From Acinetobacter phage Phab24, in the sequence record MZ477002.1: a DNA stretch of 64,000 bases; one strand, 5' to 3'. Each line of letters opens with the position of its first letter. The first letter of the stretch is position 1. Made by a program: the position numbers and the translations under genes. Of the stretch, positions 38,660 to 48,390 are shown piece by piece. A model generated the notes under the pieces. The model did no database searches. It was not told where the DNA came from and was given only the letters and a program-made list of their open reading frames with translations.

Positions 38660-39207
38660 GATTCAATCATTGCAGTTGCAACCCTATCATCTAGTCTGTG
38701 TTGGTACTTCTCAATCAATTGATTAACATACACTAATCTTTCAACCAAATAAACTTGATGAGCTTCCTCAACACTATCAAAATAACCTAAATGAATATGT
38801 TTTCCAAATTTACTAATAGCAGACTTAAACTTCTTCTTTCTTTTTTCTTTAAATACACCTTCGGGAAGGTCATGTTTAAAACTTCGTCTAAACATATTAT
38901 TTATTTCAGCAGGTACAAAAACACAAACATCTTCTGAATAAATAGTTCCATCACCAACAATGTCTTTATCAATAGCCCATAACCTACCACAAGGTTCTAA
39001 ATTTAAGAAACCTTTTTGTTGTTTAGCCCAATCTAAATACCAATCGTAATTCTTAAAGTTATCACTAACACTTACACCATCGTAATGTTTATCACTTTTA
39101 ACACGGTTAATCATCCCTGTCCACTGAGTATATTCTTTTCTTATAACTTTAACACCATCTACAACTTCACTAATTGGATTTTTCCATCTATTCCACTTAC
39201 CGCCCAT
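38647..39207 (-). CDS. Homing-endonuclease-like protein with an AP2-type DNA-binding domain (paralog 1)
   Basis: Conserved W..M..R...........Y.GV.VS.....Y.....W, then DKD..G.G..YS.D.C.F.P, then GKHI.LGYFDSVEEA. Shared with ORFs 51533..52114 and 56500..57012. Confidence 0.5.
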   Translation of the reverse strand: MGGKWNRWKNPISEVVDGVKVIRKEYTQWTGMINRVKSDKHYDGVSVSDNFKNYDWYLDWAKQQKGFLNLEPCGRLWAIDKDIVGDGTIYSEDVCVFVPAEINNMFRRSFKHDLPEGVFKEKRKKKFKSAISKFGKHIHLGYFDSVEEAHQVYLVERLVYVNQLIEKYQHRLDDRVATAMIESCSI

Positions 39208-40074
39208 TTTAACTCCTCATATAAAATAACACTTATCCATTATAACATATATTGTTCGCTAAGAACAATGGATATTCACATAAGTTCATATACAAATACA
39301 CATAAGATTAAAAGCAAAAGCATCTACGCTATCGCTAGATAGACACAGAAAAGCAAAAAGAAAAAGCAAAAACTATATTGTTGGTGACAACAATGGATAA
39401 ACACTATAGTCATATATAAGTACACATACAGTTATTCGTAGAATAAAGCAATAGCTATAGATTAAGAAAACAACAGATAATTGTAATTGTAAATTACATA
39501 GTAACCCTAATTAATAACGATTAGTTATTAGTAGAATTACAAAATATAACAAATTTTATTTGTTGACATATATTCTTGTAAGGTGATTAACATTCTCATT
39601 CCATTCCAATGTAATCCCCATTCCAAGTTATCACTCTTTTTAACTATGTTCTTTTGTTGTGTAAATTCTTTACACCTATTGGTTTTACTATGTTCTAACG
39701 AACATTAGTGCATTGTTGTTATACATATGATGTTATATATTTATATATGATCTTAACGATCATGATGTTAGTGATATGCATATGTTGTACACCACAACAT
39801 AATAACATTTATATTACATTGTCTCTTATTCTTCTATATTGTTGTTTTATGTGTATTTAACACTAGCAACCAATACAATAGTTATAGTAAGGATTTATTC
39901 ACTGTAATATATTAGTTACACAAAACATACAATTAAGAGTAGAGAATATAACCATAACCTTACTATCTCAAATCAATACAAACAGTAGGAATACTAACAA
40001 TTATACTATAAATATACTGCTACTATTTTTATGAGAATTTACCTATATAATATAGGGATTTTTCCCAAATTTAG

Positions 40075-40103
40075 TTGCATTTACTACAAAAACGTGTTAT
40101 AGT
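40075..40103 (+). promoter_or_regulatory. Sigma70-like promoter for the 40121 operon
   Basis: TTGCAT, 17-nt spacer, TATAGT. Confidence 0.5.
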
Positions 40104-40120
40104 CCACTTACTGATTAGTT

Positions 40121-42004
40121 TTGCAGGTGGTTATTACAGTGTTAGAAAAAGAGGAATTATCAAGTAAACTTGTTGTTAATACAGGTGGTGTTGTTGCTGA
40201 AAGTGTTTTAAATATTAAAGCACCTTACAGTAGACTTAGTGATGTAATGGATGATTTACCTGATAATGTTTATTTAAACAAGACAACTACAGGTTGTGGT
40301 GCTACTCACCTATGTCTTACCAACAGTGTAAATTATGTTGTATTAGTACCATACATTTCACTAATTAACAATAAAAAGAAAGATAAGAGTATTAAGAACC
40401 TATTCCCTGTCTTCGGTAATGTTTCCGTAGAGCAGATTGTTTGTTATTTAAATGAAAATCACAATGGTGTGTCTAAGATTATATCAACGTATGATAGTTT
40501 TCATAAAGTAGTTAGAGCGCTAGATATAGTTGACCGTATTAAAGAATTTAAAGTATGTCTTGATGAAGCACATTCACTGATATCCTTGTCAAAAATTAAA
40601 GGTAAAGTGTTTAACTATTTCTATAATCATTTTAGGAGATTTAAGAGTTTTGTTTTTGTTACTGCTACTCCTAACGATGCTGACTTATTGCCTAGTAATT
40701 TAAGTGACGTTCCGTTTGTTAGAGTTGTTTGGGAGAACTCTGTGTTAGTTAATATTAAGGAAAAACACACAGAAACATTAGCGGATTGCAACAAGTTAGT
40801 GGTTGAAGTTTGCAAACAGCATCTACTTGGTGAAGTGGATGGTAATGCTTATATATTCTATAATAGCGTACAAGAGATCGTTAGTGTCATTAAAAAGTTA
40901 AAGAAGCTCGATGGTTTTTCTGCTGAGAATGTTAACATCTTTTGTGCGTCAACAGATAGAAATAATCACAAGATTGCAAATCAGTTAGGTGTTAGATTTC
41001 TAAAAGGTGAACTTGAAGACAATAAAAAGATCAACTTCCTAACCTCTACTACATATGAGGGTTGTGATATCAACGATCCTAATGGGAGAACTTACATCGT
41101 TGTTTCATCTAAGCGGGATAGCACAGCTCTAACAAACCACATTCTTGTTCCTCAGATTTGTGGGAGGTTACGTAACAGTAAATATAAGAAGGAAGCTGTA
41201 ATGTTTGTTTGTGGTTTTAATAATGACATTTACACTCAAGGTAAGAGTCATTTCTTAAAGAAGCTAGAGGAAATGAAAGCTAAGGCTATTTACGACATAC
41301 AAAGAGCAATAAAAGCCAAAGAAGATGGTTATGAAGATTTATTTAAAGAGGATATGGAGAGGTTTGCATCATCTCCTTTTATTACTGAGGATGAACAAGG
41401 ACTACCTGTGTTAAATGAGGATGCAACAAAGCTTGAGGAGCAAACATATAGAGCGTTCAATCAGCACTGCATTACTGTTGAAAGTGGGTATGAGGTTGCT
41501 AACACAGTTAGAACGTATGATCAAGATATGTTTAGTATGAGTGATCTAACGAAACTGTTGATTGATAAAAAGGTTGATTATAGCAGATTAATGAAGCAGT
41601 ACATTAAAGCTTTAAGTCTTAATGATACAGAAACTATAAAAACAATTGAGGATTATAGTGAAGAACACAAAAGACACGTAAATGTTCTTGGTGTAGATAA
41701 GATTAAGTCCATCGGAATCAATAAGACAAAAATCTCCAATGCTTATCAATTACAATTGAAGTTTAATGAAAATAACTTCAAAATTAAAAGTCAATTGTCA
41801 GGAATAAAGATCGGGGAAAGGTACACTTTATTAGAGGTCACAGATTTGTTGCAGAAAGCTTACAGTAATCTTAATATTCCAAAGAAAGCAAAGAGTACAG
41901 ACATTAAGAACTTCTTTTCCGTTAAAGATGTTTTCTTAACAAGAAATAACAAACGAAGCAAAGGTTATTTGATACTAGACGACCTTTATAAAGAAATTGT
42001 GTAA
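40121..42004 (+). CDS. Large ATPase/helicase-like protein with a DEAH-type motif and an atypical P-loop
   Basis: NKTTTGCGATHL is Walker-A-like but lacks the Lys. VCLDEAHSL is a DEAH box. Start may be TTG at 40121 or GTG at 40138. Confidence 0.4.
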   Translation: MQVVITVLEKEELSSKLVVNTGGVVAESVLNIKAPYSRLSDVMDDLPDNVYLNKTTTGCGATHLCLTNSVNYVVLVPYISLINNKKKDKSIKNLFPVFGNVSVEQIVCYLNENHNGVSKIISTYDSFHKVVRALDIVDRIKEFKVCLDEAHSLISLSKIKGKVFNYFYNHFRRFKSFVFVTATPNDADLLPSNLSDVPFVRVVWENSVLVNIKEKHTETLADCNKLVVEVCKQHLLGEVDGNAYIFYNSVQEIVSVIKKLKKLDGFSAENVNIFCASTDRNNHKIANQLGVRFLKGELEDNKKINFLTSTTYEGCDINDPNGRTYIVVSSKRDSTALTNHILVPQICGRLRNSKYKKEAVMFVCGFNNDIYTQGKSHFLKKLEEMKAKAIYDIQRAIKAKEDGYEDLFKEDMERFASSPFITEDEQGLPVLNEDATKLEEQTYRAFNQHCITVESGYEVANTVRTYDQDMFSMSDLTKLLIDKKVDYSRLMKQYIKALSLNDTETIKTIEDYSEEHKRHVNVLGVDKIKSIGINKTKISNAYQLQLKFNENNFKIKSQLSGIKIGERYTLLEVTDLLQKAYSNLNIPKKAKSTDIKNFFSVKDVFLTRNNKRSKGYLILDDLYKEIV

Positions 42005-42028
42005 ATATAAACAGAGGAGTAGTTAAAG

Positions 42029-42799
42029 ATGAATAAAGAAGTCTATATTGTTTACGGAGTAAATGACGAAGTTCTGTATGTCGGAAAAGGTGCTTCTGGT
42101 CGAAGTACACATGCTACGAGTGGTGTTAGTCACAACAGAGAGTTAAATAAATACCTCATCGAGAAAGGTAAGGATAATATGTTTGTAAAAATATTACATA
42201 ATAACTTACGTGATTTCGATGCGACATATATTGAAAAGCTACTAATACAAAAACTCCAACCGAAGTTCAACAAAACTCTAAAAGAGAACACATACCTTAA
42301 ACACAATCTTTTTAATGGTAGTGTGTACAAGGATAAGTTAAGAGAAGAGGTTAGTATTCAATACTCACAATTCAAAACCGTTAGTGATAAGGTAATGAAT
42401 TTAGTTAAGAATAAATTACCTCATGACTACGAATTTATCATGAAGTATGGTTTTGACCTTTATGAAAGCCTTCCTGATAAGTGTTATTGTCGGTCTCTTT
42501 TGCTTTCAAACCTTCGTATTAATATTCACCTTCAAAATGTAGAGTGTTTTCATAAAGAGTTAGGTATCAAAGTACACGATATTCTACCCGATAACTTTTT
42601 ATCTGAGGGTGTGTTGAGTTACTTTGAAAAATGGTATATACCATTTAAGTTTTATCACGTAGATAGAATCGTAAAAAGCTCATTTGTAATAGATAACTCG
42701 ACAGGCGTAAATATCGTTTTAAAACGGAAGTTTGATTGCACTGAATCAGCTAAAGATTTTATGAAGAGTCCTGATTTAATAAGTGTGATGCAAGAATGA
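42029..42799 (+). CDS. GIY-YIG homing endonuclease
   Basis: VYIVYGVNDEVLYVGKGASGRSTH......N..L is the canonical GIY-(10)-YVG..R..H motif. The C-terminal region is basic and DNA-binding-like. Confidence 0.75.
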   Translation: MNKEVYIVYGVNDEVLYVGKGASGRSTHATSGVSHNRELNKYLIEKGKDNMFVKILHNNLRDFDATYIEKLLIQKLQPKFNKTLKENTYLKHNLFNGSVYKDKLREEVSIQYSQFKTVSDKVMNLVKNKLPHDYEFIMKYGFDLYESLPDKCYCRSLLLSNLRINIHLQNVECFHKELGIKVHDILPDNFLSEGVLSYFEKWYIPFKFYHVDRIVKSSFVIDNSTGVNIVLKRKFDCTESAKDFMKSPDLISVMQE

Positions 42800-42999
42800 A
42801 GTTACTTCTAAATTGGTTGCATGACTTACCTCTAGATAATGAGGACTACACACATTTTTCTGACTACTTAAATAAGTGTAAAAACACTTAACATATATTG
42901 AATAACACCCCTTGCACACTTCAATAATTATTGATATATTGTGTTCATGCAAACGCAAATGTGCGAGGGACACCCTCAAATTACAATAGGAGAAATAAA

Positions 43000-43251
43000 A
43001 TGTTTGACAGATATGTAAGTATGTGCGAATGGTGTTCAAAACCTTTCTCATCAGTCTATAAAGATGAAGTTATTTGTCACGATTGTGATAGTTTGTTGAT
43101 TGATATGGAACACCCAATCTACACAACCCCTGAGTCTCAAGAGTTGCTTACGAATGGGTACTCACCAAGTGATATTCAAAAACTTATAGAAAAAGACATG
43201 ACCTATATTGACGCTTATGCTACACTAAGAAAAGAGTGTGATAACGTGTGA
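43000..43251 (+). CDS. Small Cys-rich (zinc-finger-like) protein
   Basis: Start at the ATG after the conserved TAGGAGAAATAAAATG leader. MFDRYVSMCEWCSKPF...CHDCD. Confidence 0.45.
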   Translation: MFDRYVSMCEWCSKPFSSVYKDEVICHDCDSLLIDMEHPIYTTPESQELLTNGYSPSDIQKLIEKDMTYIDAYATLRKECDNV

Positions 43252-43305
43252 GGGGAATACCTCGAATTATATTAGGAATGTACCTTTCGGTACTAGGAGA
43301 AACAA

Positions 43306-43483
43306 GATGAAATTCACAGATAAACGTAATAGAGTATGGGAAGTATTTATTGATCGTTCGTACTTTGATTGCATTTGTGTACGATTGGTGACTGATAAGG
43401 ATTTTAATTCTAACACCTCATTCCACTTTACAACACAAAAACAAGCTGATAAATTTATTGAAAGTGTTAAAGAAAGTTTTTAA
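43306..43483 (+). CDS. Small protein
   Basis: Start after the conserved TAGGAGAAACAAGATG leader. Confidence 0.4.
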
Positions 43484-43517
43484 TTACATTGCGCCTGTTA
43501 GTATTAGGAGAAACAAA

Positions 43518-43808
43518 ATGAAAGAGTATAATGACGTTATCGCCAATGAACTCGGTATTACAAAAGAAGATATCACATATCACAAAAAACAATTCAATAT
43601 TCTTGGAGCGTTATATGTATTAAAACATCCTTATATGGTTGAAACACTTCAAAACAATCCAGAAATGTTAGAAGAAGGTGATTGTTGGTTCTGTGACTCT
43701 CATAGTGATGAAAATTATATGTGCGTTGGAAGTAGAACAGGTAAGGATATTTATTCTGTCTGTAAACATTGTTATATTATACATAATTTTATTAACTTCA
43801 ACCTGTAG
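43518..43808 (+). CDS. Small Cys-rich protein
   Basis: Start after the TAGGAGAAACAAAATG leader. CWFCDSH...CVG...CKHC. Confidence 0.45.
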   Translation: MKEYNDVIANELGITKEDITYHKKQFNILGALYVLKHPYMVETLQNNPEMLEEGDCWFCDSHSDENYMCVGSRTGKDIYSVCKHCYIIHNFINFNL

Positions 43809-43819
43809 CAGAGAATGAA

Positions 43820-44380
43820 ATGAAAGAGTATTTAGTCAAAAACATGTATGGTGATTATGTACTAACAGACCATCATTCAGGATTTAGTGTCGAAGATTTC
43901 ATCGAAGTTCCAGAAGGAGCTGAGATTCTTTATTTTGATAAACGATACAAACCATCAAATCATTTCTTTAAAACAGTAGGTGGAAACTCTTACTACAAAT
44001 ATTTAGATAGTGGTTCTAAATGGATGAAATACGATGATGTTGAGCTAAATGAATTTAAAGATAACATTGAAAATTTTCGAGTTGTGTGGCAACGAAATGT
44101 TACAACACTTGATGGTAATAACACATCAACCAAGGAGAAACTCAAATTTATTGAGAAGTGGTTGAATGGTGAGAAGATTCAATTTATATTGGGTGAGGAA
44201 ACAGATAAATCTCAGTGGTATAACCTTACTGAAGGTGCTATGCAATACATTAAACGTTCTGATATTAAGTTTCGTGAAGCTCCTAAATATGTAACAATTA
44301 ACGGTGTTGAGTTTAAGAGCGTTGAGAGCTTATTGAAGTATGTTAAGAACAGCTTTGATTTGGAAGATAGTGACTACTGA
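43820..44380 (+). CDS. Hypothetical protein
   Basis: 186-aa ORF. Confidence 0.55.
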   Translation: MKEYLVKNMYGDYVLTDHHSGFSVEDFIEVPEGAEILYFDKRYKPSNHFFKTVGGNSYYKYLDSGSKWMKYDDVELNEFKDNIENFRVVWQRNVTTLDGNNTSTKEKLKFIEKWLNGEKIQFILGEETDKSQWYNLTEGAMQYIKRSDIKFREAPKYVTINGVEFKSVESLLKYVKNSFDLEDSDY

Positions 44381-44440
44381 TCAAGGTTGGTACGATTATT
44401 TGAAGATGATTGTTAAACATTTGGAAGAATAATATTTTAT

Positions 44441-44476
44441 AAAGAGGTCGCATTTATTGTTGACCTCTTTTTTATT
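44441..44476 (+). terminator. Rho-independent terminator
   Basis: AAGAGGTC, 11-nt loop, GACCTCTT, then TTTTTATT. Confidence 0.65.
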
Positions 44477-44514
44477 GTCTGATATATTTGTTTTACATTA
44501 ACAGGAGATTCAAT

Positions 44515-44955
44515 ATGAAAATTACTGAACAAGACACACTAGCGATTAAGCAAGTATTCAAAGATTTTGATAAATTTATCAAAGATGGGACAAGCCAACT
44601 CGGTTACTTTTCAAAAACGTTTGGTCTTTGTCATAATTTGTTCGATTTAATTGAAGATAATATAACTAATAAAGATGTGCGTGGAAAAACAGAAGACATA
44701 TCAAAGTCTTTATTTAGGTCTTGGGAGCATTTCAGTGGTTGTGATTCTTACCCTGTACCGTTCCGTGAAGATCAAGAACAGTGTATGCTGATTCATAAAA
44801 TAGTTAACATGAGATATCGCACTGTAACTCCTCACGATGTAGCCTATACTTATTCTAGTAACTTATACGACAAGGCTACTGATTATGGTCGATTACGTCT
44901 TGACTTATATCAACATATTAAAGATATTATCTTTGATGTAATTAATGAGTTGTGA
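44515..44955 (+). CDS. Hypothetical protein
   Basis: ATG (MKITEQD) after CAGGAGATTCAAT. Confidence 0.5.
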   Translation: MKITEQDTLAIKQVFKDFDKFIKDGTSQLGYFSKTFGLCHNLFDLIEDNITNKDVRGKTEDISKSLFRSWEHFSGCDSYPVPFREDQEQCMLIHKIVNMRYRTVTPHDVAYTYSSNLYDKATDYGRLRLDLYQHIKDIIFDVINEL

Positions 44956-44962
44956 GGTTGTT

Positions 44963-45136
44963 ATGGATAAGCTGAAAGAAGATTACGCTTTATCATATGG
45001 AATGTGTATAGTAGTGTTTTCAATTGTAGGAATCATTGGTTTAATTATATTTTCAATATATGTCAAAATTACAGGAAACTATCCAGTTGACCCTATTTTA
45101 TTGAAACAACATATATTATCAGTATTTAGAAAATAG
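44963..45136 (+). CDS. Small membrane protein
   Basis: MDKLKEDY..., one TM helix (IVVFSIVGIIGLIIFSIYV). Confidence 0.45.
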   Translation: MDKLKEDYALSYGMCIVVFSIVGIIGLIIFSIYVKITGNYPVDPILLKQHILSVFRK

Positions 45137-45149
45137 TTGAGGTTGAATT

Positions 45150-45386
45150 ATGAAACATTATAAAACTGTAAATATGATTGTGTATCCAACTCAAGATGAG
45201 ATTACAAGAGTTGAGTATGGTGGTTATGTGATTCAAATATATCCGACAAATATATTACCACAAAATGAAATGTGCCACGCTATCATTGGTAACGAAAATG
45301 GTAATGATGTGATAATTGAAATGGATTGTTTGTTAAAATGTATTAAACGTATTGATGGTTGGAATAAAAGAGGTGTTAAGAAGTGA
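45150..45386 (+). CDS. Hypothetical small protein
   Basis: 78-aa ORF. Confidence 0.45.
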   Translation: MKHYKTVNMIVYPTQDEITRVEYGGYVIQIYPTNILPQNEMCHAIIGNENGNDVIIEMDCLLKCIKRIDGWNKRGVKK

Positions 45387-45505
45387 GTATTTTAGACTGC
45401 TTAATTGTTGCATTTTTATTGTTTCTACCAATAATTTTACATTTAATTTTTGTTGTTCGAGTAGAAGCAAAAGAAGAACGTGTTAATAAGGGTGTTGAGA
45501 AATGA
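45383..45505 (+). CDS. Small membrane peptide (about 40 aa, hand-translated)
   Basis: GTG start overlapping the upstream stop. VSILDCLIVAFLLFLPIILHLIFVV... Confidence 0.25.
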   Translation: MSILDCLIVAFLLFLPIILHLIFVVRVEAKEERVNKGVEK

Positions 45506-45795
45506 ATAGATTGCAAGCTGGTGGTTTGGCTTTATTATTAAAGACAAATAACCCGAATAATTTAATGAAGACTGTCAAGTTGATTCGATTCATAGGACAA
45601 GACGACTCCTATTTTCATGGAGTCAGAAGTGATTATTGGGAAGTTTATGGTTCGGATTGTGAAATTTACAATCCTTATAATATGCGTGTAATCCAACCAG
45701 CAGAATACCTATTACCTTTAGGTGATGAAGAAGGTCGTAAATTATACAAACTTGAAGAAGAAAAGTCGGAGAGTAAAAATGTTACAACGTCATAA
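45502..45795 (+). CDS. Hypothetical protein
   Basis: 97-aa ORF. Confidence 0.45.
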   Translation: MNRLQAGGLALLLKTNNPNNLMKTVKLIRFIGQDDSYFHGVRSDYWEVYGSDCEIYNPYNMRVIQPAEYLLPLGDEEGRKLYKLEEEKSESKNVTTS

Positions 45796-45822
45796 TGTGT
45801 TAAATTTACAAAAGGAAAATAA

Positions 45823-46362
45823 ATGAGTATATTAGAAAGAAATGATCCGAATGACGCAACACACTATTTCCCTGAAGGAACATCGGTTACTAAGTATTTG
45901 AAAATTGATGATACTATGTATTTTTTTCTATCAAGTGATAATGAATGGCGTATATCATTAAATAGTAACGAATGGTTTGCTAAAAATTTAATTGAATTAC
46001 CTAAAAAACAGGAAAGTGAGATGAAAAAAGATTATGCTAATGGTGAGATTATTGATGCTGTTGATGTACCGCGACTTATTAAAGCAGGCAAAAAGATTCA
46101 GTATCGATATAAAACAGATGACAACACACGAGCTTGGAGTGACATTTATCTTATTACTGATGAAGAAGATTTCACATTAGGTGATTTAATTAATTCCAGA
46201 TATGAGTGGAGAATTAAACCTGAGACTGCTGATATTAATCTTTTAAAACCTAAAAGTATAAAGGTTGATCCAGTTACAGGTGCAGTTGGTTTATTTTATG
46301 GCGATAATGAGGTTGCAAGAGAAGTAGCTGCTTATTTAGCATCACAATTCTATGAGTTCTAA
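45823..46362 (+). CDS. Hypothetical protein
   Basis: 179-aa ORF. Confidence 0.55.
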   Translation: MSILERNDPNDATHYFPEGTSVTKYLKIDDTMYFFLSSDNEWRISLNSNEWFAKNLIELPKKQESEMKKDYANGEIIDAVDVPRLIKAGKKIQYRYKTDDNTRAWSDIYLITDEEDFTLGDLINSRYEWRIKPETADINLLKPKSIKVDPVTGAVGLFYGDNEVAREVAAYLASQFYEF

Positions 46363-46425
46363 TATAAATATCCTCTTAACAGACTTGACATAAACGTTGA
46401 GTCTGTTTTATTATGTATATATAAA

Positions 46426-46653
46426 TTGATTTGGAGGTTAATTAATGTGGCTAAGATTGTTAAAGTATTTTCACAAAATACAGGGTTTGATGTTGAATAT
46501 GAAATTGATAAATATATTAAACGCACGAAGCACATTCCACTACAAGTTTCTTCAAGTGTGGCATTATGTATGACAGATAATTATATGCAAGAACCAATTG
46601 AGCGACACACTGTGACGATCATTTTTGAGACTGATATTAGTCAAGGAGATTAA
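46426..46653 (+). CDS. Hypothetical small protein
   Basis: 75-aa ORF with a GGAGG RBS. An in-frame GTG at 46447 is an alternative start. Confidence 0.4.
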   Translation: MIWRLINVAKIVKVFSQNTGFDVEYEIDKYIKRTKHIPLQVSSSVALCMTDNYMQEPIERHTVTIIFETDISQGD

Positions 46654-46655
46654 AT

Positions 46656-46829
46656 ATGAGTAATGATATCTGTGTATACGTTCGCCAAAGTTACAGCAAC
46701 ACATTAGTTTTCTACACTTGTAGTCAAGCTACTGTAGAATTGTTTGGTGGTATTGATAAAGTACCGTTATATGTTTGTGGCTTTTATATTAGTGTAGATC
46801 ATTTACAAAACTTTGAAGTGTTCGAGTAA
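46656..46829 (+). CDS. Small protein (57 aa, hand-translated)
   Basis: AGGAGATTAAATATG gives MSNDICVYVRQSYSNTLVFYTCSQATVELFGGIDKVPLYVCGFYISVDHLQNFEVFE. Confidence 0.35.
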   Translation: MSNDICVYVRQSYSNTLVFYTCSQATVELFGGIDKVPLYVCGFYISVDHLQNFEVFE

Positions 46830-46846
46830 AAAGGAGGGTATTACTG

Positions 46847-47455
46847 ATGATTTTTGATGAGGTATTTGAATTAATGACTGGTCATATTGATCCAGAAACA
46901 TTAACTAAATCATTAGCTGATGTACATTTAAAAGGTGTGTTTAGTTTAGTTGTTGGTGGAACAGAGAATGGTAATTTAACTCGTATCTTTATTGCTAATA
47001 AAAAGATTAAACCTTTTGATATTCAGTTTCACTCACATCGTTATGATTTAACTATTGGTGTTGTTCATGGTTGTTTTGAACATCATGTTGCACTTGAAGA
47101 AACTGATCAGTCTTACTATAACGCTGAGTCAGTTCGTTTAAAAACATATGTGTATCGAGCTCCTTTAAACGGAGGTAACGGTTTAGTAAGAACAGGTATA
47201 AGTAATTGGAGACTGGAATCTACACAATTACCAGTAGGTTCTGAAATATTTTTACCAAGTGATCTTGTTCATTCCGTATCATGCTCAAAAGGTACAATAT
47301 GGATTGTGAAGGAACATGGTTTTGTTGAAGAAAGTAGTGTTGTTTTAGGTAATTCTTTTATTACTGAAGGTTTATACAATCAACCACAACAATATCAAGT
47401 GAATGATAATTTTCAATTAGTTTTGGAAAAGTTAAAGAAATTAGTTGACAACTAA
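46847..47455 (+). CDS. Hypothetical protein
   Basis: 202-aa ORF with a possible His-rich metal site (FHSHRYDL...HGCFEHH). Confidence 0.5.
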   Translation: MIFDEVFELMTGHIDPETLTKSLADVHLKGVFSLVVGGTENGNLTRIFIANKKIKPFDIQFHSHRYDLTIGVVHGCFEHHVALEETDQSYYNAESVRLKTYVYRAPLNGGNGLVRTGISNWRLESTQLPVGSEIFLPSDLVHSVSCSKGTIWIVKEHGFVEESSVVLGNSFITEGLYNQPQQYQVNDNFQLVLEKLKKLVDN

Positions 47456-47465
47456 ATATATTAAT

Positions 47466-47502
47466 GAGATGATTATCCCAAGTTGATAGTCATCTTTTTT
47501 AT
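47466..47502 (+). terminator. Rho-independent terminator
   Basis: GATGATTATC-ccaagtt-GATAGTCATC hairpin (one mismatch) followed by TTTTTTATT. Confidence 0.55.
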
Positions 47503-47693
47503 TGGAGATTTAAAATGTGGATTTTAATTATTTTAACTAATATTTATAGTCAAGGTGTGACAGGAGCTATGACCTCTCCAAACATCACAACAGTTGAGAT
47601 TTCCTCAAGAGAACGTTGTATTAAAGCTGCTGAATTTACCAAGAAACAACCCAACATTAGTAACGCTTTTTGTGTTCAAAAGTAGGTGATATT

Positions 47694-47897
47694 ATGTGTA
47701 ATGACAAAATGCTTCATCAAATGTGTTACCACGAGAAAAGTAAAACATGGTTTCGTGTCACTAAACATGGGGAATATTTAACGCATGTTCAAAAGATAAA
47801 GCTTGGTTTGTTTGATGAAACAGAAATATTACCAGTTCATGCTTTATTACACACTAAAGATTTGAAATTTTATCCGTGGAAGGTCGGAGGTAATTAA
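47694..47897 (+). CDS. Hypothetical small protein
   Basis: MCNDKMLHQ... after AGGTGATATT. Confidence 0.4.
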   Translation: MCNDKMLHQMCYHEKSKTWFRVTKHGEYLTHVQKIKLGLFDETEILPVHALLHTKDLKFYPWKVGGN

Positions 47898-48008
47898 TGG
47901 GTTTATATGATAGACAAATTGAATCACTTGAACTTTTGATTCATAACTGGTATGATATTAAAAGTAGAGAAGATTTTTTAGTTGGTTATGATGAAATTGG
48001 AGATTTTA

Positions 48009-48380
48009 ATGGCTACATATGAAGAGTTCTTAGAACGAATTAAAGTAACTGTAAATGGGCGAGAATTCAATTCAATTAGTGATGTAAGAGTGCCATCGTT
48101 TAAATTTGCTTTTATAAAAGATGGCTATAAAATTAACCAACATCACTTATCTATTCAAGCAAGTGAATATCATTATTGCTTACCACGTGAGAACGTGAAA
48201 GAATATACACATGTTGAAATTGGTTTTCCATCATTTGAATTTAGTGAAGATTTCATTAATAAATATGCTGATGACCCTACAGAACCATGTGATACAATTT
48301 ATGGGTATGTTCCAATTGAAGAGTTGGCTTTGGAATTACATAATTTTTGTAAAAAACAACATAACGAGACAATTTTCTAG
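48009..48380 (+). CDS. Hypothetical protein
   Basis: MATYEEFL... after GGAGATTTTA. Confidence 0.45.
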   Translation: MATYEEFLERIKVTVNGREFNSISDVRVPSFKFAFIKDGYKINQHHLSIQASEYHYCLPRENVKEYTHVEIGFPSFEFSEDFINKYADDPTEPCDTIYGYVPIEELALELHNFCKKQHNETIF

Positions 48381-48390
48381 GAGATATGAA

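Noticed and set aside
39085-39342. Plus-strand ORF 39085..39342 overlapping the HNH-AP2 gene start
   Set aside because: Mostly antisense or overlapping, Phe/Asn/Ile-rich, no RBS. Likely spurious in AT-rich sequence.
39208-40120. Possibility of a CRISPR array or a mini-array decoy in the long non-coding region
   Set aside because: Repeats are short (7-17 bp), irregularly spaced and partly palindromic. There is no regular repeat-spacer periodicity.
40627-43051. Minus-strand ORFs 40627..40815, 41922..42110, 42130..42330 and 42776..43051
   Set aside because: Antisense to the ATPase, GIY-YIG and following genes. No independent support.
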